Assembly (NCBI GenBank): GCA_964276145.1
Contig: CAXYDN010000007.1
Coordinates: forward strand, 1,464-65,463
DNA from: an uncultured SAR86 cluster bacterium
GTDB lineage: Bacteria; Pseudomonadota; Gammaproteobacteria; Magnimaribacterales; D2472
Direction: 5' to 3'
DNA: 64,000 nucleotides
The notes under the pieces were generated by a model. The model was given only the letters and a program-made list of their open reading frames with translations, was not told the origin of the DNA and made no database searches. This document shows, piece by piece, positions 38,316 to 48,523 of this stretch. The position numbers were made by a program, and so were the translations under genes. Positions within the stretch are counted from its first letter, which is position 1. Each line of letters opens with the position of its first letter.

Positions 38316-39896
38316 ATGAAAAGAAGATCTTTTTTTAAATTTTTTAGCCTTTTAATTCCTGTGTTAAATATAAGAGTTTTAGCAGAAGAAAGTGATGAAA
38401 AAGTATTATTTAATTATGGTGTTGCCAGCGGTGATCCGACTCATGATAGAGTTGTAATTTGGTCTAAAATTACAAAAAATACTAATAAAAAAATAAACGC
38501 TGAATGGCAAATATCAAATAAAAAAGACTTCTCAAACATAATTAGTTCAGGGATTACAAAGTCCTATGCTCATAATGATTTTACACTAAAGGTAGATGTA
38601 AAAATCCCTTCAAAATATAATGCAAATGAAATCTATTATCGTTTTATTGTAAATAATAACCATTCTCCGATTGGAAAAACCAAGACTTTACCCATTTTAA
38701 ACCCAGATAAATTTAATTTAGCATTTTGCAGTTGCTCTAATTATCCAGCTGGTTTTTTCAATGCATATCGTGAGATAGCACTAAATGATGATATTGATCT
38801 AGTTTTACACTTAGGTGATTATTTATATGAATATGGAGTAGGGGGCTATGCTACAGAAGATGCAGCAAAACTTAATAGGCAAGTTGATCCTATCAATGAA
38901 ATCCTCAGCTTAGAAGATTATAGAAAACGCCATGCGTTATATAAGACAGACCATGATCTTCAATTATTACATGCATCAAAACCAATGATTGCAGTCTGGG
39001 ATGATCATGAATTTACTAATGATTCATGGAAAAATGGGGCTGAAAATCACTCATATGATGAGGGTTATTTTGCTTCAAGAAAAGCAAATGCGATAAAAGC
39101 TTATTATGAATGGATGCCTATTAGAGAAACTGATTCTAAATTAAAAATATGGAGAAAATTTGAAATCGGATCTTTATTTCAATTATTTATGTTAGATACA
39201 AGATCTATATATAGAGATAAACAATTAGATATGGAAAGCTATTTTACTGAAAATGGTTTTAATAAAATAAAATACAAAAAAGATTTAATTAAAAATAGAA
39301 ATCTTGTAGGAAAAGAACAATTTGATTGGCTGGATAAAAATATTGATAGTAAATTTAACTGGTCCATTATTGGACAACAGGTTCTTGTTTCACCAACTGT
39401 TTTACCAGAAATATTTTCTAAATTGGATAAAAAATCCTTACCAGAATATATTCATAAGTATTTGAAACTTGGCGGCTTGGAGATTCCTTTTAATACTGAT
39501 TCATGGGATGGTTATCCAAATGAAAGAGATAAGTTATTTGAAATATTATCTAAATCACAATCAAATATTATTCTAACAGGCGATACTCATAATTCATGGC
39601 TATCAAATTTATTTAACAATAATAATTTTCTTGGTGTAGAGATAGCTACACCTTCGATATCTTCACCAAATACGATCGATACATTTGGTTCAATAACTGA
39701 TGATATAGATAATGACTTTGTTAAATCAAATAAAAACCTTAAATATACAAATGGTTCTGGTAAAGGTTTTGTACAGTTAACAGTTCACTCAAGCCATATT
39801 GATACAAAGTTTGTCTATGTTAGTACTATTAAGTCTAAAGACTATAAAGTAATAGATAACAATACCTTTACCATTAATCATAATAAACCATTATAG
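38316..39896 (+). CDS. phoD: Alkaline phosphatase D family protein, Tat-exported
   Basis: KRRSFFK twin-arginine signal, GVASGDP, SCSNY, HLGDYLYEY, WDDHE..ND, LDTR, DSWDGY, TGDTH. Confidence 0.93.
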   Translation: MKRRSFFKFFSLLIPVLNIRVLAEESDEKVLFNYGVASGDPTHDRVVIWSKITKNTNKKINAEWQISNKKDFSNIISSGITKSYAHNDFTLKVDVKIPSKYNANEIYYRFIVNNNHSPIGKTKTLPILNPDKFNLAFCSCSNYPAGFFNAYREIALNDDIDLVLHLGDYLYEYGVGGYATEDAAKLNRQVDPINEILSLEDYRKRHALYKTDHDLQLLHASKPMIAVWDDHEFTNDSWKNGAENHSYDEGYFASRKANAIKAYYEWMPIRETDSKLKIWRKFEIGSLFQLFMLDTRSIYRDKQLDMESYFTENGFNKIKYKKDLIKNRNLVGKEQFDWLDKNIDSKFNWSIIGQQVLVSPTVLPEIFSKLDKKSLPEYIHKYLKLGGLEIPFNTDSWDGYPNERDKLFEILSKSQSNIILTGDTHNSWLSNLFNNNNFLGVEIATPSISSPNTIDTFGSITDDIDNDFVKSNKNLKYTNGSGKGFVQLTVHSSHIDTKFVYVSTIKSKDYKVIDNNTFTINHNKPL

Positions 39897-39897
39897 A

Positions 39898-39925
39898 ATT
39901 GAACATAATATATATTATGCGAAGT
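39898..39925 (-). other. dif: dif chromosome-dimer resolution site (XerC/XerD)
   Basis: Minus strand ACTTCGCATAA-TATATA-TTATGTTCAAT versus E. coli dif GGTGCGCATAA-TGTATA-TTATGTTAAAT; 11-6-11 architecture, intergenic. Confidence 0.85.
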
Positions 39926-39997
39926 CATATATCCTAGATCAGGAAATATTGTTAGCCACCCACTCTATACAGAAATAATATATAGTTCGTTATTACA

Positions 39998-42090
39998 ATG
40001 TTCTTAAGAAATATAATAATACTAATAATATGTACTTCTTGTACTGTTGATAATATGAATAAACCAAACCCAAAAAAGATACCATTTGAATTAACTCAAC
40101 ACGATGATATAAGAATTGATAACTATTATTGGATGAGAGATGATTCAAGATCTAATAGTGAAGTTATTGACTATCTTAAGACTGAAAATAGTTACACTGA
40201 TAATTGGTTCTTAAAGCAGACCGACTATAAGACCCCTATTGTTAGTGAGTTAATGAATCAGGTACCTGAAACTGAAATATCTTTCCCGGTTAAGAACAAT
40301 GGATATCTATATTATCAAAAAATTAAAAAAGAGGAACAGTTACCTAAATATTATAAAAAAGGTATAGATGATGGGATGAAATTATGTTTCTTGATGCTAA
40401 TTTAAAGCTTCAGTCACAAAAATATTATTCTATTAGAACCATATCCCCTTCTAATGACAACAGTATGATTGCATTTGCAGAAGATAATAATGGCAGAAGA
40501 GAATTTACTATCAAGATTTTAGATGCAAATACCTTAAAAGAATTAGATACATTAATAGAAAATACTACAGGAAGAATAATTTGGTCTCATGATGATAAAT
40601 ATATTATTTATCTAAAAAAAGATCCTATAACACTCATTGCAAACTCTGTTTATATTCATGAGTTAGGAGTGCCCTCTTCCGATGATATTCTTCTATATAA
40701 AGAAAATGATCCTGAGTTTGAATTATCCATATCATTATCGAGAACAAAAAAATTTGCATTCATAAATATTGAATCAACTAACTCAAATGAAATAAGAGTT
40801 ATTGATATAAATAAACCAATGTTGGATCCCCATCCTTTTATTGAGAGAAGTACAAATCATCTATATTACTTGGAACATCTTTATAATGAGAGTTTTTTTG
40901 TAAGATCAAATTTAGATGCTCCAAATTTTAAAATATTAAAATCTAGCTCATTTGAAGATAATGAGATACCTAATCTTCAAACAATTGTAAGTCACGATGA
41001 ATCAATATTTATAAGTGATATTCTCTATTCAAACAACAATCTTGTAATGGAGGTTAGGGAGAATGGATTACCTGAGTTAAGCATTCTTAACTTAAAAACC
41101 AATAAATTAAATTATATCGACTTTGGTGATAATGCCTATGATGTCTCACTTTCATTCAACAATGAAATAGATGGTAAATCATTTAATTATTATTATTCCA
41201 GTCTTACAAAAGCTCCCCGCATTATTACTTATGATCTTATAAACAATACAGAGGATATTGTGTGGTCAAAACAAGTGCTTTCATTTGATGAAAATGACTA
41301 TCTGGATAACAGGTTCTTTATAAATTCTAGAGATGGAACTCAGGTACCAGTTGTAACAATTGCACATAAATCTACTGATTTAACCGCAGCACCAATTTTA
41401 TTTTATGGGTATGGTTCATATGGAATAAATATTGATGCATCATTTAGATCATCATTAATACCTCTGCTTGATCGAGGATTCATTTTTTCTATCATAAACA
41501 TCAGGGGTGGTGGTGAAATGGGTAAGCACTGGTATGAAAATGGCAGAATGAATAATAAGCTCAACACTTTTTATGATTTTAATGATGGTGTAAAAGCTGT
41601 TTTAAAAAAAGGTATTGGTGATCCAAATAATGTATTCGCAAGAGGTGGTAGTGCCGGAGGTTTACTTATGGGAGCAATAATAAATCTCGAACCTCATTTA
41701 TATAAAGGTATTCTATCCGGGGTTCCATTTGTTGATGTTTTAACAACCATGTCAGATCCATCTATACCTTTAACAACTTTTGAATATGATGAATGGGGCA
41801 ATCCGGCAAATAAAGATGAATATTTTTATATGAAACAATACTCACCGTATGACAACATAGAAAATAAGAACTACCCTGCTGTTTTCATAACATCTAGTCT
41901 ATATGACTCGCAGGTCCAATACTTTGAACCAGCAAAATATACTGCAAAATTAAGAGAATTTAATACATCAAGTGCTCCCATTTTAATGAAAATGAATTTG
42001 ATTGGTGGCCATGGCGGCATGAGTGGAAAAATTAATCAGTTTGAAGAAATTGCAGAGGAATATACCTTTATTCTTAACTTGATAGATTGA
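39998..42090 (+). CDS. ptrB: Oligopeptidase B (S9A), possible lipoprotein; apparent -1 frameshift at ~40373-40375
   Basis: DNYYWMRD N-terminus, YGYGSYG, IRGGGEMG, GGSAGG, DSQVQYFEPAK, GHGG; the two track ORFs join if one G is added to GGG. Confidence 0.88.
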
Positions 42091-42134
42091 CTAAATAAAA
42101 TGATTCTTTGTGCTTTCTAGATTAGAATTAATCT

Positions 42135-44990
42135 ATGAATAAATTTATACAAACATCATTATTATTAACATTAGCAGCCTATTGCTCTGCTGAGGTTTTA
42201 AAAAATCCCACAACCTACTCATCTGATCTTTATAAAGAAGTTATATTGAATGGAAATTATGATTCATCAATAGATCATCCTAGTAAATTTCTAGATTTTA
42301 ATTATGGGGAAAGAGTCGCATCTCCAGAACAAATAGAAGATGCAATAAATGCTTATAAAAAGCAATCTAATAAAATTAAACTTATAAATTATGGCACAAC
42401 TCATGAAGGACGCCCTCTTCATGCATTGATGATATCTTCGCCAGATAATATTTCTCAATTAGATACAATTAAACAAAATTTATCTTCTCTCTCAGATGCA
42501 AGAAAAACTAATGATAGAGAAGCAAAAAAGATTATTGATTCTCTCCCTGCAGTTGCATGGATGGCCTACTCAATTCATGGAAATGAAACATCTGGCGCAG
42601 ATGCTGCCCTTGGGTTAATTTATCATCTTATAGCTAGTAATGACTCAGAAGTTACTAACCTTTTAAACAATATGATTATTATTGTCGACCCAGTCATGAA
42701 TCCTGATGGTCGAGCCAGATTTGTTAAATCTCTAGAGCAATATAGAGGCACTGCACCAAATTATGATGATCAATCATTGATTCATACTGGTGACTGGCCC
42801 TATGGAAGAACAAACCATTATTATTTTGATTTAAATAGAGATTGGATTTATCTAACACAACCCGAAACCCAGGGTCGTGTTTCATTAATAAACGAATGGA
42901 AACCTCAAATACTTGTTGATGCACATGAAATGGGTGCTCAAGATACTTTTATGACAGGGCCTGCACGTGAGCCAATTAATAAGAACATGGATAGAGATCT
43001 GGTTAAATGGGGAAATGTATTTGCTCAAGATCAAGGATCTGAATTTGATAGAAGAAATTGGCGTTTTTATACAGGCGAATGGCATGAAGACTTATACCCT
43101 GGCTATTCTTTTTATGTAAATTTTAGAGGCACTTTGGGAATACTATATGAACAATCACGTATGGCTGAAGATGGTGTTCGAAGACCGGAAGGAACCATTC
43201 AATCATACAAAGAGTCTGTTCATCATCAATTTATCAGCTCTCTAACAAATCTAAATACTTTGCTAAATAACAGTAAGGATATGTATAACGACTACTGGGA
43301 AGCAAGGAAGTTAAATGTATCAAAAGAAAGTGAGTGGGCTAATCAAACATTTGTGATATTGCCAACAAAAAATTCATCTAGAATTAACACTCTTGCTGAT
43401 AAATTAAAATCTCAAAATATTGAAATCTTCACCAACAAACAAAATATTAATGTTAAAAATGTTTTGAAACAGACTGGTGATCTTATTGAAGAATTTAATA
43501 TTCCAGCTGGCAGTATGATAATTCCTAATCGTCAACCTGAAGCTCCGTTAATTTCAGCTATATTAGAATTTGATGCAGAAATTGATGAAGATGTTCTTAA
43601 AAAAGAGAGAGAAGCAACCTTAAGAGACGGCTCATCTATTATGTATGATACAACTGCTTTTAATTTTACTATGATGTATGGGTTAGAAGCTGTGACAGTC
43701 CCAGAATATGTAAAAGAAATCTTTCGTTATGGGACCCCTCCTCTGTAGAAATAGACGTTGATGATAAGGCTATTATGTGGATTGTTGATGGTGACAGACG
43801 ATCTATCAGTCACCTTTGCAGCAAGATTAATGGAACAAGATGTTCAGGTAAGAATCGTTGATAAAGATATTACTCTTTCTGGTAAAAACTTATCTAGAGG
43901 AAGTCCTGTTGTAATAGCTATGGATAATCCTAAAAATTCTAAGTTAGTACAATTAATTAAGAATACTGCTAAAAATTTGAATGTTTCAGTATCATCACTT
44001 TATACAGGTTTTGGTCCAGAAGAATTACCTGATTGGGGTGGCAGACATTTTAGATTGCTTAATAAACCTCAAATTGCAATATTAAGTCATGAAGGTTTTA
44101 GTTCATATGATGTAGGTGTTAGCTGGTGGTCCCTTGATCATCATTTAGGGATTAGACATAGCCAATTAAATACATCAATGATCGGCTATGCTGATTTAAG
44201 AAGATATAACACATTAATAATGCCAAGCGGCTATAGATCTCTTAATCAAGCTGAAATGTCTGTTCTGAAAGATTGGGTAAAACAAGGTGGAACATTAATT
44301 GCTAATAATGGCAGTACAAGAATGCTTATATCTGATAATTCAATTACAAGCATCAAAGATGTAAGTGATTCATTTGAAAATAGTCATGACTACAACATAA
44401 AGTTACAAAGAGAATTTTTATCAAAAAATATATCCATAGACTTAGACTATGTGAATAGTAATAAAATTAGTACAGATATCTCATATCCATGGGAAGAAAC
44501 TGAAAATAGAATCGACTCTGATACATTGAAAAAACGCGATAAATGGCAATCATTATTTATGCCATCAGGAGCTTTTGTTTCAGGAAGAATTGATGATAAA
44601 CATTGGCTTACATTTGGAACAATAGATACTTTACCCCTTCTGTACTCAAATTTTCCTATATTAATGACTGGTTCAGGTTCAAAAGCTGTAGTAAGAGTTG
44701 GTGAATTAATTAAAAATACTAATGAAGATACATATAAGACTATTAACTGGTCTGATATTCCTGCAGGTAATGATTTAAACATAAGAATGAGTGGTTTGGT
44801 ATGGCCTGAAGCTTCAGCAAGAATTGCGAATTCAGCATATTTAACTCAAGAAAGATATGGTAAAGGTCAAATAATTTTATTCTCTGGGGAACCTAATTTT
44901 AGAGGCTCTAGTTTAGGAACAAACCGACTATGGCTTAATTCAGTTGTGTATGGATCAGGGCTTGGTACAAGCTCTAGAATAAAACTGTAG
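42135..44990 (+). CDS. Secreted M14 zinc carboxypeptidase-family protein (~950 aa) with two compensating indels (~43715 and ~43793)
   Basis: SIHGNE, NPDGR, DLNRDW, DAHEM. The two track ORFs share one frame, and the intervening ~80 nt read sensibly in the -1 frame (NLSLWDPSSVEIDVDDKAIMWIVDG). Confidence 0.82.
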
Positions 44991-44995
44991 ATTTT

Positions 44996-45187
44996 TTATA
45001 TACTTAAATCTTCTAAATTATAGTCTTTTAAATCTTGTCTAGCCTGACTATCCCAAATATAAGTTTTTTGTGAATTTATAAAAGGCTTATAATCATATGG
45101 TTGTTCATCTTTGTATTTAGCTTTTCTAGCATCAATGGCATAACCAATAGATTTAGATCTTCTTTCAATTATTTTATCGTCAAATAC
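44996..45187 (-). pseudogene. 5'-truncated gene remnant resembling the C-terminus of phytanoyl-CoA dioxygenase (PhyH)-family proteins
   Basis: 63-codon frame VFDDKIIERRSKSIGYAIDARKAKYKDEQPYDYKPF...WDSQARQDLKDYNLEDLSI* directly preceded by an in-frame TAA, with no start codon; family assignment from recalled motif only. Confidence 0.55.
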
Positions 45188-45297
45188 TTATAGATAATTT
45201 ATATCTAAATAATTTACATTTTTTTTTCATATTTCAATATAAATTGAATTTATTTATATTAATATTGAATGTCATTTATTTTAAAAGGGAGAGAAAA

Positions 45298-45681
45298 ATG
45301 ACTGAATATCAAATATTCAATATGATGTATGTAGGATTTATTAGTAATTCTATGTATTTTGTTGGCATGGTGTTATTAACATGGCTTGGTTTTAGAATGG
45401 CTAATAATATCTACAATAGCTCTGATGTAAATATGTCTGCAAAGGTACTTACATCTGTTTATTGTATTCTTGTTGGGATAATGTTCTTTTATACTCAACA
45501 AATTGGAGCTGCAATTTTAGATACAGCGGTTACATCTTTAGCTGATATTGGTTCAGCGACTGCTGAAAGAATGTTTCAATATGTTGAGAATCCATTAACT
45601 ATTGGCGGACCTGTTCAGACATTGTTTGTTGTTGTTGTTGTTGCATTTCAATTAGCAATCGTTTGGAATAAGAAGGCTTAA
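45298..45681 (+). CDS. Hypothetical small membrane protein (likely start 45298)
   Basis: GGGAGAG RBS before ATG at 45298; about three hydrophobic helices. Confidence 0.75.
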   Translation: MTEYQIFNMMYVGFISNSMYFVGMVLLTWLGFRMANNIYNSSDVNMSAKVLTSVYCILVGIMFFYTQQIGAAILDTAVTSLADIGSATAERMFQYVENPLTIGGPVQTLFVVVVVAFQLAIVWNKKA

Positions 45682-45686
45682 CTATT

Positions 45687-46412
45687 ATGAAAAAATATAT
45701 AATTGCGTTTTCATTAATTTTTGCATTTTCATTGTCAGCTGATGGTCATTCTAATGTAAAACCAGGTGAGGAAACCGGAGAGTTTCATTATTTTAATGTT
45801 ACAAATCCTGCTAAATTTGTTGAAGCAATGGATGAGCATTATGCATCAGATTGTGCTGCAAAATGGCAAAAACAATCAGGCGCTGAAATTGTTTTAATGC
45901 AGGTACTAGGATCAACACATAGTCATTTTATTTATGTGGGTTATAAAAATAATGACATGTTAGAAAAAGGTCGGATGTTATTTGGAAGCTGCGAAGAATC
46001 TGCAAAATTGATTGCTAAACTTAATAAATACTCTGAATCATCTGATTACGTAAGCAGACTTGGTGAGCAATCTTTAGAGGTTGGAGATTGGACCACAGAT
46101 AATCATTTTATGAAATTTGATTTCAATGTAGAGTTAGGTAAAGCATCTGTTTATGCTAATGAATGGACAAAAATGATGAATTCATTAGAGCAAACAAATT
46201 CTGCTGGTTTAATAACTCATAGGGCAGGAAGTGGCTGGATGTCACATTTTGTATATGTTGGTGGCAACAGTATAGATGATTTGTATTCTACATTTGATGC
46301 CAATTCTCAAACCGATGCATTTCAAACTTTTGTTAAAAATGTAAGCTCGATTAGAGAACTAAGAAATGTGAGTTTAATATCTCCTGCAAAAGCTTATCCA
46401 TCAAAAAGATAA
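45687..46412 (+). CDS. Hypothetical secreted protein with two tandem repeated domains
   Basis: Signal peptide ending SLSA-DGH; internal repeat FNV...SHFIYVG / FNV...SHFVYVG. Confidence 0.75.
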   Translation: MKKYIIAFSLIFAFSLSADGHSNVKPGEETGEFHYFNVTNPAKFVEAMDEHYASDCAAKWQKQSGAEIVLMQVLGSTHSHFIYVGYKNNDMLEKGRMLFGSCEESAKLIAKLNKYSESSDYVSRLGEQSLEVGDWTTDNHFMKFDFNVELGKASVYANEWTKMMNSLEQTNSAGLITHRAGSGWMSHFVYVGGNSIDDLYSTFDANSQTDAFQTFVKNVSSIRELRNVSLISPAKAYPSKR

Positions 46413-46427
46413 TCTAATCTAGTTAAT

Positions 46428-46457
46428 AAAAGAGGACTTAATGTCCTCTTTTTTTTT
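46428..46457 (+). terminator. Rho-independent terminator
   Basis: AAAAGAGGAC-TTAAT-GTCCTCTTTT followed by a T-run. Confidence 0.9.
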
Positions 46458-46536
46458 GGTAAGTTTTTATGTAGAAAGTTAATTAAAATAAATTTTTAAT
46501 ATGCTAGAATCATTTTTTTTATTACCTAAAATAAAC

Positions 46537-47574
46537 ATGATATACCCAAGTATTCTCAAGACAGTAGGCAATACACCTTCAGTAAAAATTAATAACTTAG
46601 CTCCAGAGGGTATTAATCTATATGTTAAAGCAGAATTTTTTAATCCAGCATCATCTGTTAAAGATAGATTAGCTCTTAGTATTATTAACGAAGCTGAAAA
46701 ACAGGATATTTTGAAACCTGGACAAACTGTTGTTGAAGCAACAAGTGGTAATACTGGTATCGGATTGGCATTTGTTTGTGCTGCTAAAAACTATCCATGT
46801 GTTATTACGATGCCAGAAAGCGCATCAATAGAAAGAAGAAAAATGATGCGATTTCTTGGAGCTAAAGTAATTATCACCCCTGCTTCTGAAGCTGGTTCTG
46901 GTGCATATAAAAAAGCAAAAGAACTAGCTGATGAAAATGGATGGTTTTATGCGAGACAATTTGAAAATGAAGCAAATGCAAATATTCATGAATCCACAAC
47001 AGGTCAAGAGATAGTATCTGACTTTAAAGAAACTAGTCTTGATTATTGGGTGTCTGGTTATGGAACAGGTGGGACGTTTTCTGGTGTAGCGCGAACACTT
47101 AGAGAATCTATGCCAGAAACAAAATTAATAATGGCTGAACCTGATGTTGCTCCTCTTGTTGCTCATGGCACATCTCAAAAAAGAACTGATGACGGTGCCC
47201 CAGCAAGCTCACATCCTGATTGGAATCCTCATCCTATTCAAGGATGGACAACAGACTTTATACCTCTTGTCTTACAAGAAGCTATAGATAAACAATTTAT
47301 AGATGAAATAATTCCAGTTGCTGGTATTGATGGCATTAAATGGTCACAAAAACTTGCAGCTAATGAAGGAATTCTTACAGGGATTTCTGGTGGTTCTACT
47401 TTTGCAGTTGCCATGGAAGTTGCAAATAAAGCACCTAAAGGATCAACTATATTATGCATGTTAGCTGATACAGCTGAGCGGTATTTATCAAGCCTATTAT
47501 TTGAAGATATATTACCTGATATGAATAATGAGGAACTAGAAATTCTAAATTCTACCCCATCTTTTAAAGAGTAA
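46537..47574 (+). CDS. cysK: PLP-dependent cysteine synthase family protein (likely start 46537)
   Basis: NPASSVKDR PLP lysine, EATSGNTG, GYGTGGT, HPIQGW. Confidence 0.85.
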   Translation: MIYPSILKTVGNTPSVKINNLAPEGINLYVKAEFFNPASSVKDRLALSIINEAEKQDILKPGQTVVEATSGNTGIGLAFVCAAKNYPCVITMPESASIERRKMMRFLGAKVIITPASEAGSGAYKKAKELADENGWFYARQFENEANANIHESTTGQEIVSDFKETSLDYWVSGYGTGGTFSGVARTLRESMPETKLIMAEPDVAPLVAHGTSQKRTDDGAPASSHPDWNPHPIQGWTTDFIPLVLQEAIDKQFIDEIIPVAGIDGIKWSQKLAANEGILTGISGGSTFAVAMEVANKAPKGSTILCMLADTAERYLSSLLFEDILPDMNNEELEILNSTPSFKE

Positions 47575-47587
47575 AAATTATATAAAT

Positions 47588-48508
47588 TTAGTTTATTGCT
47601 GCGACGTAAGCGAGAGGTATAACAATAAGCCATACACTTACAGCAACTATAAATGGCTTATATCTAAAGTCACTTAAATCTAATTTCGCTGATTGCAAAC
47701 CTATCGAAAAAATACCATATGAAATAAATATTTTACTAATAACTTTTAAATATTCAATAACTTCATATGAGAGGTTCATTAAGTTTGAAAAAATAACAGC
47801 AATGATAAAAAATATTATAAATACAGGAAATGAATTTTTTACATTACCGGTATTAAACTTTGCATTAAGAAGAACAATTAATGGTATGAGCCATAAGATT
47901 CTTAAAATTTTAAGAGATGTAGCAACTTCAACTGAATTATCGCTAAATTGAAGTGCTGAACCTATAACAGAACCCGTATCATTAATTGCAAGCGCGGAAA
48001 AAATTCCAAATTCATCATTATTCATATTTAAATATGTGCCCAAAAGTGGAAATAAAATAATAGCTACTGTATTTATAATAAAAATTATTGCTAGAGCTAT
48101 TAATAATGTATTCGGTTTAGCCTTTATTAAAGGTGCTGTTATAGCGATTGCTGTAGCTCCACATATAGATAAACCACTTGATAACAATAGATTTAATTTA
48201 TTGTCTAAACCCATCAATCTGCCTAATAGGTAGCAAGTAAAAAAGGACAATATGACAAAAAATGAAACCCAAATAAAATAATCTTGAACTATAAGTAGTA
48301 AAGAGTCTGAACTAATTGTTAGTCCAATAAGAACGATACCAATCTGCAATGGATATGAGGATAGTTTTTTAGAAATAGTGTTTGCTTTAACTTTATATAA
48401 AGAAGCAAAAAATATTCCAAGAACTATAGATATAATTGGGCTTATAAAAGTAACAACAAAAAGTGAGAAAATAATAAAGAAAAAATTAGACAAAGCTATA
48501 TTTCTCAT
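47588..48508 (-). CDS. YeiH/putative sulfate exporter family membrane protein
   Basis: GLSICGATAI, AINDTGSV, KILRILWLIP. Confidence 0.85.
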   Translation of the reverse strand: MRNIALSNFFFIIFSLFVVTFISPIISIVLGIFFASLYKVKANTISKKLSSYPLQIGIVLIGLTISSDSLLLIVQDYFIWVSFFVILSFFTCYLLGRLMGLDNKLNLLLSSGLSICGATAIAITAPLIKAKPNTLLIALAIIFIINTVAIILFPLLGTYLNMNNDEFGIFSALAINDTGSVIGSALQFSDNSVEVATSLKILRILWLIPLIVLLNAKFNTGNVKNSFPVFIIFFIIAVIFSNLMNLSYEVIEYLKVISKIFISYGIFSIGLQSAKLDLSDFRYKPFIVAVSVWLIVIPLAYVAAIN

Positions 48509-48523
48509 TTTTTAAATATTTAA

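Noticed and set aside
43746-43748. In-frame TAG between the two halves of the M14 peptidase suggesting stop read-through or pyrrolysine
   Set aside because: The intervening segment reads as sensible protein in the -1 frame, so two compensating indels explain it; TAG is a normal stop elsewhere in the window
45181-45220. Possible second dif-like site at the gene-remnant breakpoint
   Set aside because: TTATATCTAAAT only loosely resembles a XerD arm and there is no XerC arm at 6-bp spacing
45625-45643. (GTT)n microsatellite as a phase-variation tract
   Set aside because: It encodes a poly-Val stretch in a TM helix, and triplet changes would not shift the frame
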